This document shows, one piece after another, positions 8,750-18,577 of a DNA stretch of 64,000 bases. Every line of letters begins with the position of its first letter. Position 1 is the stretch's first letter. The translations under genes and the position numbers were made by a program. The notes beneath the pieces are model-generated. The model saw only the letters and a program-made list of their open reading frames with translations, did no database searches and was not told the DNA's origin. The stretch spans positions 928,001 to 992,000 of the forward strand of contig CAXXXD010000002.1 in NCBI GenBank assembly GCA_963663385.2, given 5' to 3'. Origin of the DNA: Oceanispirochaeta sp. Lineage in GTDB: Bacteria; Spirochaetota; Spirochaetia; DSM-2461.

Positions 8750-9715
8750 ATGACAAACATTTTATCTAATAAGGAATCTTTAAAAGATTTTATCCGGCAG
8801 TATATTGTTTATATAAGTTTTGTTTTTCTACTGCTTATTTTCTCCATAATACTATATGACAAAGGTTTTCTTTCTTCAGTGAATCTTATGAATATATTAA
8901 GGCAGACCGCAATGGTGTCTGTTATGGCGGTAGGTATGACTTTTGCCATTTCTGCCGGGGAAATCGACCTTTCCATCGGGGGGACTGTTGCTCTCTCCGC
9001 TCTTATAGCCGCTTTGGTTCTGGAGAGAACAGATGTCGTTATTTTCGCACTTGCCGCTGCGCTGACGACAGGCGGACTTATCGGACTGGTGAATGGTCTC
9101 ATCACGACCAAAGCCAGAATCCCCGCCTTTCTTGTAACTCTGGGAACATCCAGTATCGTTACAGGTCTGGCCCGTTCCATAACAAATCTGGAAGCGGTTC
9201 CCATTATTAACAGGGGCTTTACATTCTTTTTCGGTTCCGGCGATATCGGTCCGGTTTCAACACTGTTTATCTGGACTGCAGTTGTTGCCTGTCTCGGCCA
9301 TATACTGCTTAAACATACCCCATTCGGCAAAGCTGTTCTTGCAACCGGAGGGAACCGGAATGCTGCTCATTACACTGGAATCAAAACAGATTTCACAAGG
9401 CTTATGGTTCTTGTTATCAGCGGTATTTCCGCATCCTCTGCCGGTATCCTTTACGCCGGAAGACTGCATGGCGCCCGTTACACACTGGGAGAAGCAGATG
9501 TGATGACCGTCATTGCCTCTGTCATAATCGGAGGAACCAGTTTTACAGGAGGAAAAGGAACTGCTATCGGAGCCATTATCGGTTCGGTTATTATGGGGAT
9601 GCTGAACAATGCGCTTCTTCTTATGGGGCTTTCTGTTTCAGAGCAGATGATAGCAAGGGGAATCATCATCATTATCGCGGTATCTCTCAGCTTGAGAGAA
9701 GGATCGAGGCATTAA
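8750..9715 (+). CDS. Sugar ABC transporter permease (RbsC family)
   Basis: GEIDLSIG, IPAFLVTLG, FGKAVLATGGN..AA..TGI, IGGTSF.GG.G. Confidence 0.92.
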   Translation: MTNILSNKESLKDFIRQYIVYISFVFLLLIFSIILYDKGFLSSVNLMNILRQTAMVSVMAVGMTFAISAGEIDLSIGGTVALSALIAALVLERTDVVIFALAAALTTGGLIGLVNGLITTKARIPAFLVTLGTSSIVTGLARSITNLEAVPIINRGFTFFFGSGDIGPVSTLFIWTAVVACLGHILLKHTPFGKAVLATGGNRNAAHYTGIKTDFTRLMVLVISGISASSAGILYAGRLHGARYTLGEADVMTVIASVIIGGTSFTGGKGTAIGAIIGSVIMGMLNNALLLMGLSVSEQMIARGIIIIIAVSLSLREGSRH

Positions 9716-9782
9716 TTTTCAGGGACCTTAATGAGAAAATAGCAGGGTTCTGAGAACCCTTGACAGTTTGCAGGAGATAACA

Positions 9783-10976
9783 ATGTTCTTAAATACACTT
9801 ATCAGGAAGAATCCTGAATTTATAAAAGCCGCAGTCACTCTGCATCAGGAAATGAAACTGCCTTCCAACTGCTGTGTCCTTGATCTGGACGCAATAAGAA
9901 AAAACGCCTCTTCTATAAGCAGCAAAGCCCGTTCTCTGGGTATGCAGACATTCGGGATGACAAAGCAGATCGGCCGGCATAAACAAGCCCTAGAGGCAGC
10001 TGTTTCCGGAGGGATAACCAGCTTTGTCACAGTCGATATCAAAGGGTTCCGTTCCCTGAGAAGCAATGGATATAAGATCGGACACACCGGTCATCTGGTA
10101 CAGATCCCTGCAGGGGACATTCCCTATTGCCTGTCTCAAAAGCCGGAGTACTGGACCGTTTTCAATAAGGAAACCTTTACTGTTTTGAATACGGAAGCAC
10201 AGCGGCAGGGGCTGATTCAGAAGGTATTTCTGAGAATTTACGGAAAAAATGATACTTTTTATGAAGGTCACGCGGGAGGCATCCCTGTGGAGGAACTGGA
10301 AAGCACTCTGGACTACCTTTCCGGTCTCAGTTCACTCCGTTTTGCCGGTCTGACAACATTTCCCTGTCTTCTCTATAATCGTGACAGTTCCTCCGTGGAA
10401 AAAACTCATAATCTGAAGACACTCAGTGCGGCGGCCGTACGTCTGCAGAATCTTGGATTAAAGGATTTTGAAGTTAACGCACCGGGAACAACTTCCGGAG
10501 AAATCCTGCCTCTGCTGGCTGAGGAAGGGGTTACTCAGGTTGAGCCGGGTCATGGACTGACCGGCACCACTCCTCTTCATGCAGTAAGGTCCCTTGATGA
10601 GATCCCCGGGGTTCTTTATTTATCGGAAGTGGCTCATCTGCATAAGGGGACACCCTACTTTTATGGCGGCGGTCTGTATATAGATCCTGTTTTCCCTGAT
10701 TACAAACCATCTGCTCTCACATCCGAAAGACCCGGTGATATTCTTAACAGTTCCTATGAGGCACAGATTCCTCCCTATCAGGCCATTGACTATTACGGAA
10801 TGCTGCATGGGGTAAAGGATCACAGTAGTAAAATCGGAGATTCTGTTATCCTCGGATTCCGCCCTCAGGCGTTTGTCCGTACATCCTATGTCGCTTCAAT
10901 AAAAGGGATCAGCAGCGGGAATCCTGAAGTTGCAGGAATTTCGGACTCCAATGGAGGAGCTGTACAGTGGCCGTAA
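9783..10976 (+). CDS. YhfX-family PLP-dependent enzyme (alanine racemase fold)
   Basis: MF...L.RKNP, MTKQIGR (PLP lysine), GHLVQIP, GLT.FPCLL, NAP.TTS, EPGH.LTGT, YGGG, IDYY, FR.Q.F match E. coli YhfX as recalled. Confidence 0.85.
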   Translation: MFLNTLIRKNPEFIKAAVTLHQEMKLPSNCCVLDLDAIRKNASSISSKARSLGMQTFGMTKQIGRHKQALEAAVSGGITSFVTVDIKGFRSLRSNGYKIGHTGHLVQIPAGDIPYCLSQKPEYWTVFNKETFTVLNTEAQRQGLIQKVFLRIYGKNDTFYEGHAGGIPVEELESTLDYLSGLSSLRFAGLTTFPCLLYNRDSSSVEKTHNLKTLSAAAVRLQNLGLKDFEVNAPGTTSGEILPLLAEEGVTQVEPGHGLTGTTPLHAVRSLDEIPGVLYLSEVAHLHKGTPYFYGGGLYIDPVFPDYKPSALTSERPGDILNSSYEAQIPPYQAIDYYGMLHGVKDHSSKIGDSVILGFRPQAFVRTSYVASIKGISSGNPEVAGISDSNGGAVQWP

Positions 10977-12466
10977 AAACAATTCTTGAAATGAATGGGA
11001 TCTGTAAGTCATTCGGTCCGGTAGAAGTCCTTAAGAATATTAATTTCTCCCTGGAGAAGGGGGAAATCGTCGGTTTAGCCGGAGCCAACGGTGCAGGCAA
11101 GTCCACTCTGATGAAAATCCTGAACGGGGTCTATTCCTGTGATTCCGGATCAATTTCTGTTAACGGTAAAAAGGGCGTTTTCAACTCTCCGAGGGAATCA
11201 GCGAAAGCGGGAATCGCCATGGTATTTCAGGATTTCAGTCTGATACCGACTCTGACTGTCTGGGAGAATCTGTTTCTGGCTCATGAACCTCTGAAAAAAA
11301 ACGGCTTGATTGACCGGGAGCTTTGCATCAGAAAATCCAGAGATCTTTTCAGAAAACTTGAAATGGATATTGATCCTGAAATACATCTGGAAAAACTCCC
11401 AGTGGGAAGGCAGCAGATTGTTGAGATTGCCAAAGCACTGAATCACAGTGATGAGGGCGTGTTGATTCTGGATGAGCCTACAGCATCCCTGTCCTGCTCT
11501 GAAATTGAATCCCTTTTTACAATGCTCAGAACACTTAAGAAGCAGGGGCTGTCAATTATAATTGTAACTCATCATCTTCAGGAAATTATGGATCTCTGCG
11601 ACAGGGTCTCGGTATTGCGGGATGGGCAGATTGTGCTCAACTCATCAATTACGGATATAACAGTTGATCATATTGTTGAAGCTTTAGTGGGAGACCAGAT
11701 TGAGCATGTCAACTTTCATTCAGGAAGGAGCCATTCAGATGAAGTTGTCCTTTCTGTCGAAAATCTCGGTATGGATGGTTTCTGGAGTAATCTGTCATTT
11801 GAACTTTGTAAGGGTGAGATCCTGGGAATTGCAGGAGTCCTTGGCAGCGGCAGGACGGAGTTATTAAGTTCGCTTTACGGTCTTATGAAAAACAGTACGG
11901 GTCAGGTTTCTCTGGAAGGAAAGGTTTTTAATCCTGAAAATCCGGCAGATGCTCAGGGTTCGGGGCTTTTTATGATCCCTGAAAACAGGCATCGCCATGG
12001 GATTGTAATGGGAGATTCGGTTTATAATAATATACTGCTTCCAGTCTGGAGGAAGTTGAGTTCCAGGGGATTTCTCAGAAATGACACGGGGTGCAACCTG
12101 GTGCAGTCGCTTATCGAACGTTTGAATATAAAGGTTCAAACTATGGATCAGGATATTGCAAGCCTTTCGGGAGGAAACCAGCAGAAGGCTGTACTCGCCC
12201 GCTGCCTCACGTCTGATTTCTCCGTCCTTCTTCTGGATGAACCCACCATTGGGGTCGATATAGCGTCAAAGAACGAAATTGCTTCCATTATAAGCGATAT
12301 GGCACAGGAAGGCCGCTCGATCATATTAGTCTCTTCCGAACTGGATGAGATGGCCAAAGTCTGTGACAGGGTCCTGCTGCTTAAGAATGGAAGTCTTTCC
12401 GGTGAACTTTCCTATAGAAAAGGTGATGAAATAAGCGAAGACAGTATAATGCGGCTGATTCAGTGA
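10967..12466 (+). CDS. Sugar ABC transporter ATP-binding protein (tandem NBD, RbsA/MglA family)
   Basis: GANGAGKS, LILDEPTASL, second half LSGGNQQK, LLDEPT.GVD. Confidence 0.93.
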   Translation: MAVKTILEMNGICKSFGPVEVLKNINFSLEKGEIVGLAGANGAGKSTLMKILNGVYSCDSGSISVNGKKGVFNSPRESAKAGIAMVFQDFSLIPTLTVWENLFLAHEPLKKNGLIDRELCIRKSRDLFRKLEMDIDPEIHLEKLPVGRQQIVEIAKALNHSDEGVLILDEPTASLSCSEIESLFTMLRTLKKQGLSIIIVTHHLQEIMDLCDRVSVLRDGQIVLNSSITDITVDHIVEALVGDQIEHVNFHSGRSHSDEVVLSVENLGMDGFWSNLSFELCKGEILGIAGVLGSGRTELLSSLYGLMKNSTGQVSLEGKVFNPENPADAQGSGLFMIPENRHRHGIVMGDSVYNNILLPVWRKLSSRGFLRNDTGCNLVQSLIERLNIKVQTMDQDIASLSGGNQQKAVLARCLTSDFSVLLLDEPTIGVDIASKNEIASIISDMAQEGRSIILVSSELDEMAKVCDRVLLLKNGSLSGELSYRKGDEISEDSIMRLIQ

Positions 12467-12470
12467 TTTA

Positions 12471-12506
12471 TTCAGGGGCTGAATATTTTCAGCCCCATAC
12501 CCTGAA
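12471..12506. terminator. Stem-loop between convergent genes
   Basis: GGGGCTGAA-TATT-TTCAGCCCC hairpin (12475-12496). Confidence 0.6.
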
Positions 12507-12563
12507 AACTCCCGGATTTCCGGCAGAAAAACGGCCTGATCTGCGAAAGCTATGGAGGGAGTA

Positions 12564-13745
12564 TTACAGGTCTGCCATCATCTCCGGAACCGACCCTATA
12601 CCAATAGCTTTTATTTCCGGAGTGATTGAAAAATCATGGCTGGTTCGGCTGATAACATAAGATTTTCCAGCCTGGTAGGAGGATGTGGATTTCTCTATTT
12701 CCTTTTTTATCTCTTCAATCATCCGGGTATCTTTTTTATCGGGATTCTCAGTCCATTTACACTCTATCAGGGTCAGCTTTCCACCCGTATCAATAAAGAA
12801 GTCTACCTCCCGGCCGGAGGAGTCTCTATAAAACCAGAAAGCTGGAGCTGCGGTGATGGTTCGTCCGATTTTCCGCAGTTCCGAGAAAACAAAGGTTTCC
12901 CATATCTGCCCTTTAAAGGGAGAAGAGGAAATATCAGTCTCCTTTATTCCCAGAAGAAAGCAGAGCAGTCCTGAATCACAGAAGTAAAACTTAGGGGATT
13001 TAATCACACGTTTTGAAAAATTCTGAAACCATGGTTCCAGAAGTGATATCTGATTAGATGCTTCGAGGACATTAAGCCAATCTCCTGCCGCTTTAACAGA
13101 AATACCCGTATCTCTTGCTACTTCTGATTTATTCAGAATCTGTCCGCTCCGGGGCGCCAGAACCCTGAGAAAACGTTCAAAATCTCTGAGGCTTCCCACA
13201 TTGAGGATCTGGCGGACATCCCTTTCAAGATAAGTGGCCAGGTATGAGCTGATAAAGGGGAGGGCAGGCATCTCCTGCTGTCTCCACAATTCCGGGTATT
13301 GTCCACGGGTTATGATTTTTTCCAGAAGCACTTTATCGGTGATTTCCCGGAAACTCAGATTCTCCAATTCAATAATGACCGAACGTCCGGCCAGGCTTTC
13401 GGATACTTCTTTCATCAGTGTAAACTTCTGGCTGCCTGTCAGGATATAAGATCCCATTTTATGTCTGTTCTGGTCTATTCTGTTTTTTAAGTGCCGGAAT
13501 AGTCCGGGGGCATACTGAACTTCATCAATTATAAGGGGCTCTTTGTATTGATTGAAGAACTCCTCCGGATTTTGCTCCGCCTGTTCCGCCAGGCTGGGTA
13601 GATCGAGGGATACGTAATTATATTGGGGAAAGAGCCGTTGCAGCATTGTCGTTTTACCTGATTGCCTGGCTCCGGTAAGAATTAAAACAGGAAAAAACTG
13701 ACACAGCTCTCTGATTTTTTCAGAATAAATCCTTTTGTAATACAT
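12564..13745 (-). CDS. AAA+ ATPase (AAA_14) with DUF4143 / PD-(D/E)xK-like C-terminus
   Basis: GARQSGKT, LIIDEVQ, LTGS, GQYP, KSPKFYFCDSGL, EVDF...IECK. Confidence 0.88.
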   Translation of the reverse strand: MYYKRIYSEKIRELCQFFPVLILTGARQSGKTTMLQRLFPQYNYVSLDLPSLAEQAEQNPEEFFNQYKEPLIIDEVQYAPGLFRHLKNRIDQNRHKMGSYILTGSQKFTLMKEVSESLAGRSVIIELENLSFREITDKVLLEKIITRGQYPELWRQQEMPALPFISSYLATYLERDVRQILNVGSLRDFERFLRVLAPRSGQILNKSEVARDTGISVKAAGDWLNVLEASNQISLLEPWFQNFSKRVIKSPKFYFCDSGLLCFLLGIKETDISSSPFKGQIWETFVFSELRKIGRTITAAPAFWFYRDSSGREVDFFIDTGGKLTLIECKWTENPDKKDTRMIEEIKKEIEKSTSSYQAGKSYVISRTSHDFSITPEIKAIGIGSVPEMMADL

Positions 13746-13753
13746 AATAAACA

Positions 13754-13793
13754 ATTTTAACTTTCAAAGTTAATATTGTCAACTTTCAAAGTT
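13754..13793 (-). promoter_or_regulatory. sigma70 promoter of the AAA+/DUF4143 gene with two palindromic operators
   Basis: TTGACA(13782-13777)-N17-TAAAAT(13759-13754); TTAACTTTCAAAGTTAA (13757-13773) and AACTTTCAAAGTT (13781-13793). Confidence 0.7.
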
Positions 13794-13884
13794 TGAAAAG
13801 TAGCATGTAATCCGCCTGATAAACTGCCGGTTCCCTCCAATTAAAATCCTTGCAAAGCATAAGCATATAAGTTTTACTATTCAT

Positions 13885-15534
13885 ATGGATTTTCAGGCCA
13901 GGTTACGAAAAGAATTCATGGTTTTCTCTATAAAACTGATTTTCGCTATTGTATTTCTCTTCACATCTGTAACGGTCATTGTCAATCTGATAAATAACAA
14001 TATCAATAAAACTCATAGTATCGAATTTGTAAACGAGTCTTTTATGAACTTAACTGATAAAATTGCCATGCAGATAAGTTTACACAATTCTGATGATGAT
14101 TACATTAATGCCATACAGAAGAACCATGTCAGCAGCAAACTTGTTTCAAGCACCGACTATTCATTTTCCCGGACCATAAGTGTCCGGTATAATTACGATA
14201 TTTATGATATGAATACAGATCCCGTATATCAGGAATCCTATCATCTGTTCCCTCAATACAAAATATATCTGAATATAATCAGAGACCGGATTAGAAATAA
14301 CTCCCCTGTAAAGTTTATTTTATATCCGAGCTTCAAAACCCGAACGGCTATTCTTATATATTACGGCGGATTATACAAAGATACGGAACTTATCGGGTTT
14401 GATATGTATTCGATTGAAATCAGTGACCTGGATAATGCTTTATTACCCAATACCGGTGACTATGTTATAACTGATCGATTCGGCGGTATTATCGCAACAA
14501 ACAATTTCAAGCTGTTGGAGAACAGCCTGGATTTTGAATATGCCCCGGGATATACGATTGATGCTGTTAAATATCATGTTACCAGAGTCGAAAAGGATTT
14601 CTATTCTATTTACTCCCTTGAGGAAAACATCAGTTTAAGCAGATCCTATGTAATTGTTTTCTCTGCATTGTTCCTGATAGTACTTGCTGTAGTAGCAATC
14701 TCTAATAGGATTATTAAAAAGATTGCCAGAGAAAATGCCCGGAGCGTCGAGTCTATCATATCCGATACAAACACCGTATCAATGGGGCATCTGGATCATA
14801 GAATCAATGAAAACCTTGATGATGACTTCAGGAGTCTGGCAATCAACGTAAACGAGATGTTAGATAAATTGAATTACGAAATTACCTTGAATAAAGAGTT
14901 AAGTGAAACGAATATCATCTTCGAAAAAAGAAAACTCGATGCTCAATTCAATCCTCATTTTTTATATAATTCTCTGGAAACAATTCGCTATTCAATGCAG
15001 TTTGATATTAAAGGGACTGAACAGTACATTTTAGACTTAACTGCTATTTTGAGGTACTCAATATCCAATGATATCAGTTATTCATCAGTGGAAAACGATC
15101 TGATATATATAAGAAAGTATTTAGAGCTGCATAAATTCCGATTTTCTGATAAACTAACGTATTCCATAACAGCATCAGATGAGATGAAGGGTGTTTTAGT
15201 TCCCAAACTTGCTCTGCAGCCTCTGATAAGCAACAGTATCAAATACGGCTTTACCGATAGTTTATCAGTAAGAATAGATATCACCACGGAAGTAATCGAT
15301 GAAGTCTGTTATATAAAAGTACGCGATAATGGAGTCAGTATTACAGATGAAGTCATAGACGAAATTAATAAAACCTGCAAACAGAAAAAGAACCCTACAA
15401 ACCACATAGGCGTTCATAACGTTTTAAGACGATTTATGATCCTTTATCCCGATGCCGTGCTGAATGTCTGGCGCGATGACGAGGGAACTGTCTTTCAAAT
15501 AAGTTTTAAAAACAGGTTGGTCGCAAATGTATAA
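13885..15534 (+). CDS. YesM/LytS-type sensor histidine kinase
   Basis: Two TM segments, HAMP, LDAQFNPHFLYNSLETI, LQPLISNSIKYG, DNG, HIGVHNV. Confidence 0.9.
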   Translation: MDFQARLRKEFMVFSIKLIFAIVFLFTSVTVIVNLINNNINKTHSIEFVNESFMNLTDKIAMQISLHNSDDDYINAIQKNHVSSKLVSSTDYSFSRTISVRYNYDIYDMNTDPVYQESYHLFPQYKIYLNIIRDRIRNNSPVKFILYPSFKTRTAILIYYGGLYKDTELIGFDMYSIEISDLDNALLPNTGDYVITDRFGGIIATNNFKLLENSLDFEYAPGYTIDAVKYHVTRVEKDFYSIYSLEENISLSRSYVIVFSALFLIVLAVVAISNRIIKKIARENARSVESIISDTNTVSMGHLDHRINENLDDDFRSLAINVNEMLDKLNYEITLNKELSETNIIFEKRKLDAQFNPHFLYNSLETIRYSMQFDIKGTEQYILDLTAILRYSISNDISYSSVENDLIYIRKYLELHKFRFSDKLTYSITASDEMKGVLVPKLALQPLISNSIKYGFTDSLSVRIDITTEVIDEVCYIKVRDNGVSITDEVIDEINKTCKQKKNPTNHIGVHNVLRRFMILYPDAVLNVWRDDEGTVFQISFKNRLVANV

Positions 15535-16285
15535 TGTGATTATTTGTGAAGATGAAGATATCATTCGAAAGGGACTGATTTTCAGCTTTGACTTTCATAG
15601 CCTGAATTTAAAAGTTATAGCAGATTTTGATAATCCCGTTTCCTGTTTAGAGTTTTTAGAGAGTAATTCCGCAGATATCATTATTACTGATATAAAAATG
15701 CCGCTTATGAGCGGACTGGAAATGATCAGCAGGATCGAAAATAAAAGAAAATATGAATTTATCATTTTAAGCGGTCATAGTGATTTTGAGTATGCAAAGA
15801 AAGCGATTACCTACGGAGTTACAGAATATCTGGTTAAACCTTTGGATTATCAGTTACTGGCGGTTTCATTAAAAAAAGCAATTGCAAATCTTAACGATAA
15901 AAACCTTTTAAACAATACTAAATCTCAAATTATAGACTTATCTGAAGTGTACACAGATATACAGAATGAAGACCCTCTGTTTCAATCGATTATTTCATTT
16001 ATAAAGGATAATTATATGCATAAGATTGTATTGGATGACGTTGCGAACGAACTGAACTATAGTGTCTCTTCTATAAAAAACAAATTGAAAGAGCATGATC
16101 TGACATTCAACACAACCCTTAATCGCTACAGAATTTATAAGTCTATCCATTTTATGAAGCTGGATGAATTGCCCATATATAAAATCGCGAAGATGGTCGG
16201 TTTCAGCGACTATAAGTATTTTTGTACAAAATTTAAGAACTATACCGGATTTTCTGTAACTGAATTAGCACAAAAAAAACAATAA
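15527..16285 (+). CDS. YesN-type response regulator (REC + AraC HTH)
   Basis: EDE, ITDIKMP, ILSG..DFEYA, YLVKP; IAKMVGFSDYKYF. Confidence 0.92.
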   Translation: MYNVIICEDEDIIRKGLIFSFDFHSLNLKVIADFDNPVSCLEFLESNSADIIITDIKMPLMSGLEMISRIENKRKYEFIILSGHSDFEYAKKAITYGVTEYLVKPLDYQLLAVSLKKAIANLNDKNLLNNTKSQIIDLSEVYTDIQNEDPLFQSIISFIKDNYMHKIVLDDVANELNYSVSSIKNKLKEHDLTFNTTLNRYRIYKSIHFMKLDELPIYKIAKMVGFSDYKYFCTKFKNYTGFSVTELAQKKQ

Positions 16286-16391
16286 TTACTCTGTTTTGTC
16301 TTTTTTTCATCCAAAGTCTGCCTTTTCGTGGTATATCGCGCTGTAAATACCGGTGATAATATTAATTATCACTTTATAAAGGAAGGTAGAA

Positions 16392-17441
16392 ATGAAAAGA
16401 GTATTAATCATGGCTATGGCAGTTTTTATGCTGGTAAGCTTCAATGTAGTTGCCTCCGGGGCTCAGGATTCCAATGACGCCGGCGGAGCACAGGAAGAAA
16501 AAAAACTGGTTGTGTATTCTCCCAACTCCGAGGGGCTTCTCAATGCTGTAGAAAAGCCGTTTGAAGAGAAATACGGTATTGAAGTAGAGATTATTTCAGC
16601 TGGTACCGGTGAATGCCTGAAGCGTATCGAATCTGAAAAACATGACCCCCAGGGGGATGTTATGTACGGCGGTAGCTATGCAACCATCCTGGCTCAAAGA
16701 GACCTGTGGGAAGACTATGTCAGTAAAAATGATTCTAAACTGATTGAAGCGTTTCGGAATGAGAGCGGATATGTAACCAAGAACACCCTTGACGGAAGCG
16801 TTATTGTTATAAACAAAACAAAACTGGCAGAAAAACTGCCTGGTGTTACCATTACCGGTTACAAAGATATTATCAAATATGGGCCTCAGCTGGAAGGTCA
16901 GATCGTTTCCGGCGACCCTGCAAAATCATCAAGTTCCTTTGCTCATCTGACTAATATGCTGATTGACTTCGGCGGCTATGAAGATGACGCAGCCTGGGCT
17001 ACAGTAACTGATATATTCAAAAACCTGAAAGTTCTTGGTTCCAGTTCCGCAGTCTGGAAGGGTGTAAGAGACGGTGAATATACCATCGGTCTTTCCTATG
17101 AGGATCCCTGTCTGACACTGATCAACGACGGCGCCGATGTAGAGGTTGTTTATATGGAAGAAGGCGTTGTATTCCTGCCCGCCGGTTGTGCCATCATCAA
17201 GGGCGCCAAGCATCCGGAAGCCGCAAAACTGTTCATGGACTTTGTTACTTCCAAGGAAGTTCAGGATGTATATGGTATGACCCTGACCAACAGACCTGTA
17301 TATGAAGGTGTACAGACAGCAGATTACATGAAACCGATTGATCAGATCAATGTAAAGATTGAGGACACAGCTTATATTTCTGCTAATAAACAGAAGATTG
17401 TAGACCGTTATATTGAAATGTTTACAAGCCTGGAAAACTAA
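16392..17441 (+). CDS. ABC substrate-binding protein, Fe3+/sugar-phosphate (AfuA/BitB-like) family
   Basis: Signal peptide, LVVYSPN, AGTGE...RI..E..P.GDV.YGG, DPAKSSS, GLSYED, AAKLF.DF..S. Confidence 0.82.
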   Translation: MKRVLIMAMAVFMLVSFNVVASGAQDSNDAGGAQEEKKLVVYSPNSEGLLNAVEKPFEEKYGIEVEIISAGTGECLKRIESEKHDPQGDVMYGGSYATILAQRDLWEDYVSKNDSKLIEAFRNESGYVTKNTLDGSVIVINKTKLAEKLPGVTITGYKDIIKYGPQLEGQIVSGDPAKSSSSFAHLTNMLIDFGGYEDDAAWATVTDIFKNLKVLGSSSAVWKGVRDGEYTIGLSYEDPCLTLINDGADVEVVYMEEGVVFLPAGCAIIKGAKHPEAAKLFMDFVTSKEVQDVYGMTLTNRPVYEGVQTADYMKPIDQINVKIEDTAYISANKQKIVDRYIEMFTSLEN

Positions 17442-17453
17442 TAGAACTGTCAT

Positions 17454-17487
17454 TCACCTGAAGAAGACCATTACTTTCTTCAGGTGA
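17454..17487 (+). terminator. Intercistronic stem-loop
   Basis: TCACCTGAAGAA / TTCTTCAGGTGA 12-bp perfect inverted repeat. Confidence 0.6.
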
Positions 17488-17506
17488 GTATTTAATGAGG
17501 AAAAGT

Positions 17507-18577
17507 ATGAGTGTTGCAATAGATATAAACCATGCATTAAAAAAATATGGAGAAAATGTCATTATCCCGGATTTGAATCTTCAGATTAAAGATGGAGAGT
17601 TTTTTACATTATTAGGCCCATCGGGGTGTGGTAAAACAACTCTGCTCCGAATGATTGCCGGTTTTAACAGTATAGAAGGCGGGGAATTTTATTTTGATGA
17701 AAATATCATTAATGATCTGGATCCGAGCAAAAGAAACATCGGTATGGTGTTTCAGAATTATGCCATATTCCCTCATTTGACAGTACGGGCAAATGTTGAG
17801 TTCGGATTAAATAACCGGGACTACAGCAAAAAAGACATTGGTCCTTTAGCTGATAAATTTTTAAAGCTCATGCAAATCTATGAATACAGGGATAGAATGC
17901 CGGAAAATTTATCCGGTGGTCAGCAGCAGAGAGTCGCCCTGGCAAGGGCTCTGGTTATTGCTCCGGATGTTCTTTTAATGGATGAGCCTTTATCCAACCT
18001 GGATGCCAAACTTCGTCTTGAAATGCGGCAGGCCATCAGGGATATTCAGAAGGAAGTCGGAATCACGACGGTATATGTTACCCATGACCAGGAAGAAGCC
18101 ATGGCAATCAGTGATAGAATTGCGGTCATGAATCTGGGAGAGATCCAGCAGATCGGTACACCCCAGTCAATTTATCATCGACCTGTAAACGAGTTTGTTG
18201 CCAATTTTATCGGACGGACGAATTTAATTCTCGCTGATTGTGATAAAGATGAAGTAGATGTGTTAGGGCATAAGGTACGGATAAAAGAGCTTGATTACAA
18301 GGGTAAGGTCAAAGTTTCTATCCGCCCGGAAGAGTTTATGCTGACTGATAATATAAACACCATCAAAGCCGTAATAAAAGATACAGTTTTCCTGGGATTA
18401 AATACTCATTATTTTATAGAACTTCCCAATAAGCAGGTAGTGGAAGTTATTAAAGAGAGTATGATTGATAATTTAATCAAACCTGGAACAGAAGTATATC
18501 TGACAATCAATACAGAAAAAGTAAATGTTTATACAGAAGACGGTTTGAAAAATCTGGTGATTGCTCATGAAGATTAG
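17507..18577 (+). CDS. ABC ATP-binding protein (AfuC/FbpC/PotA family)
   Basis: GPSGCGKT, VFQNYAIFPH, LSGGQQQRVALARA, MDEPLSNLDAKLR, C-terminal TOBE. Confidence 0.92.
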   Translation: MSVAIDINHALKKYGENVIIPDLNLQIKDGEFFTLLGPSGCGKTTLLRMIAGFNSIEGGEFYFDENIINDLDPSKRNIGMVFQNYAIFPHLTVRANVEFGLNNRDYSKKDIGPLADKFLKLMQIYEYRDRMPENLSGGQQQRVALARALVIAPDVLLMDEPLSNLDAKLRLEMRQAIRDIQKEVGITTVYVTHDQEEAMAISDRIAVMNLGEIQQIGTPQSIYHRPVNEFVANFIGRTNLILADCDKDEVDVLGHKVRIKELDYKGKVKVSIRPEEFMLTDNINTIKAVIKDTVFLGLNTHYFIELPNKQVVEVIKESMIDNLIKPGTEVYLTINTEKVNVYTEDGLKNLVIAHED

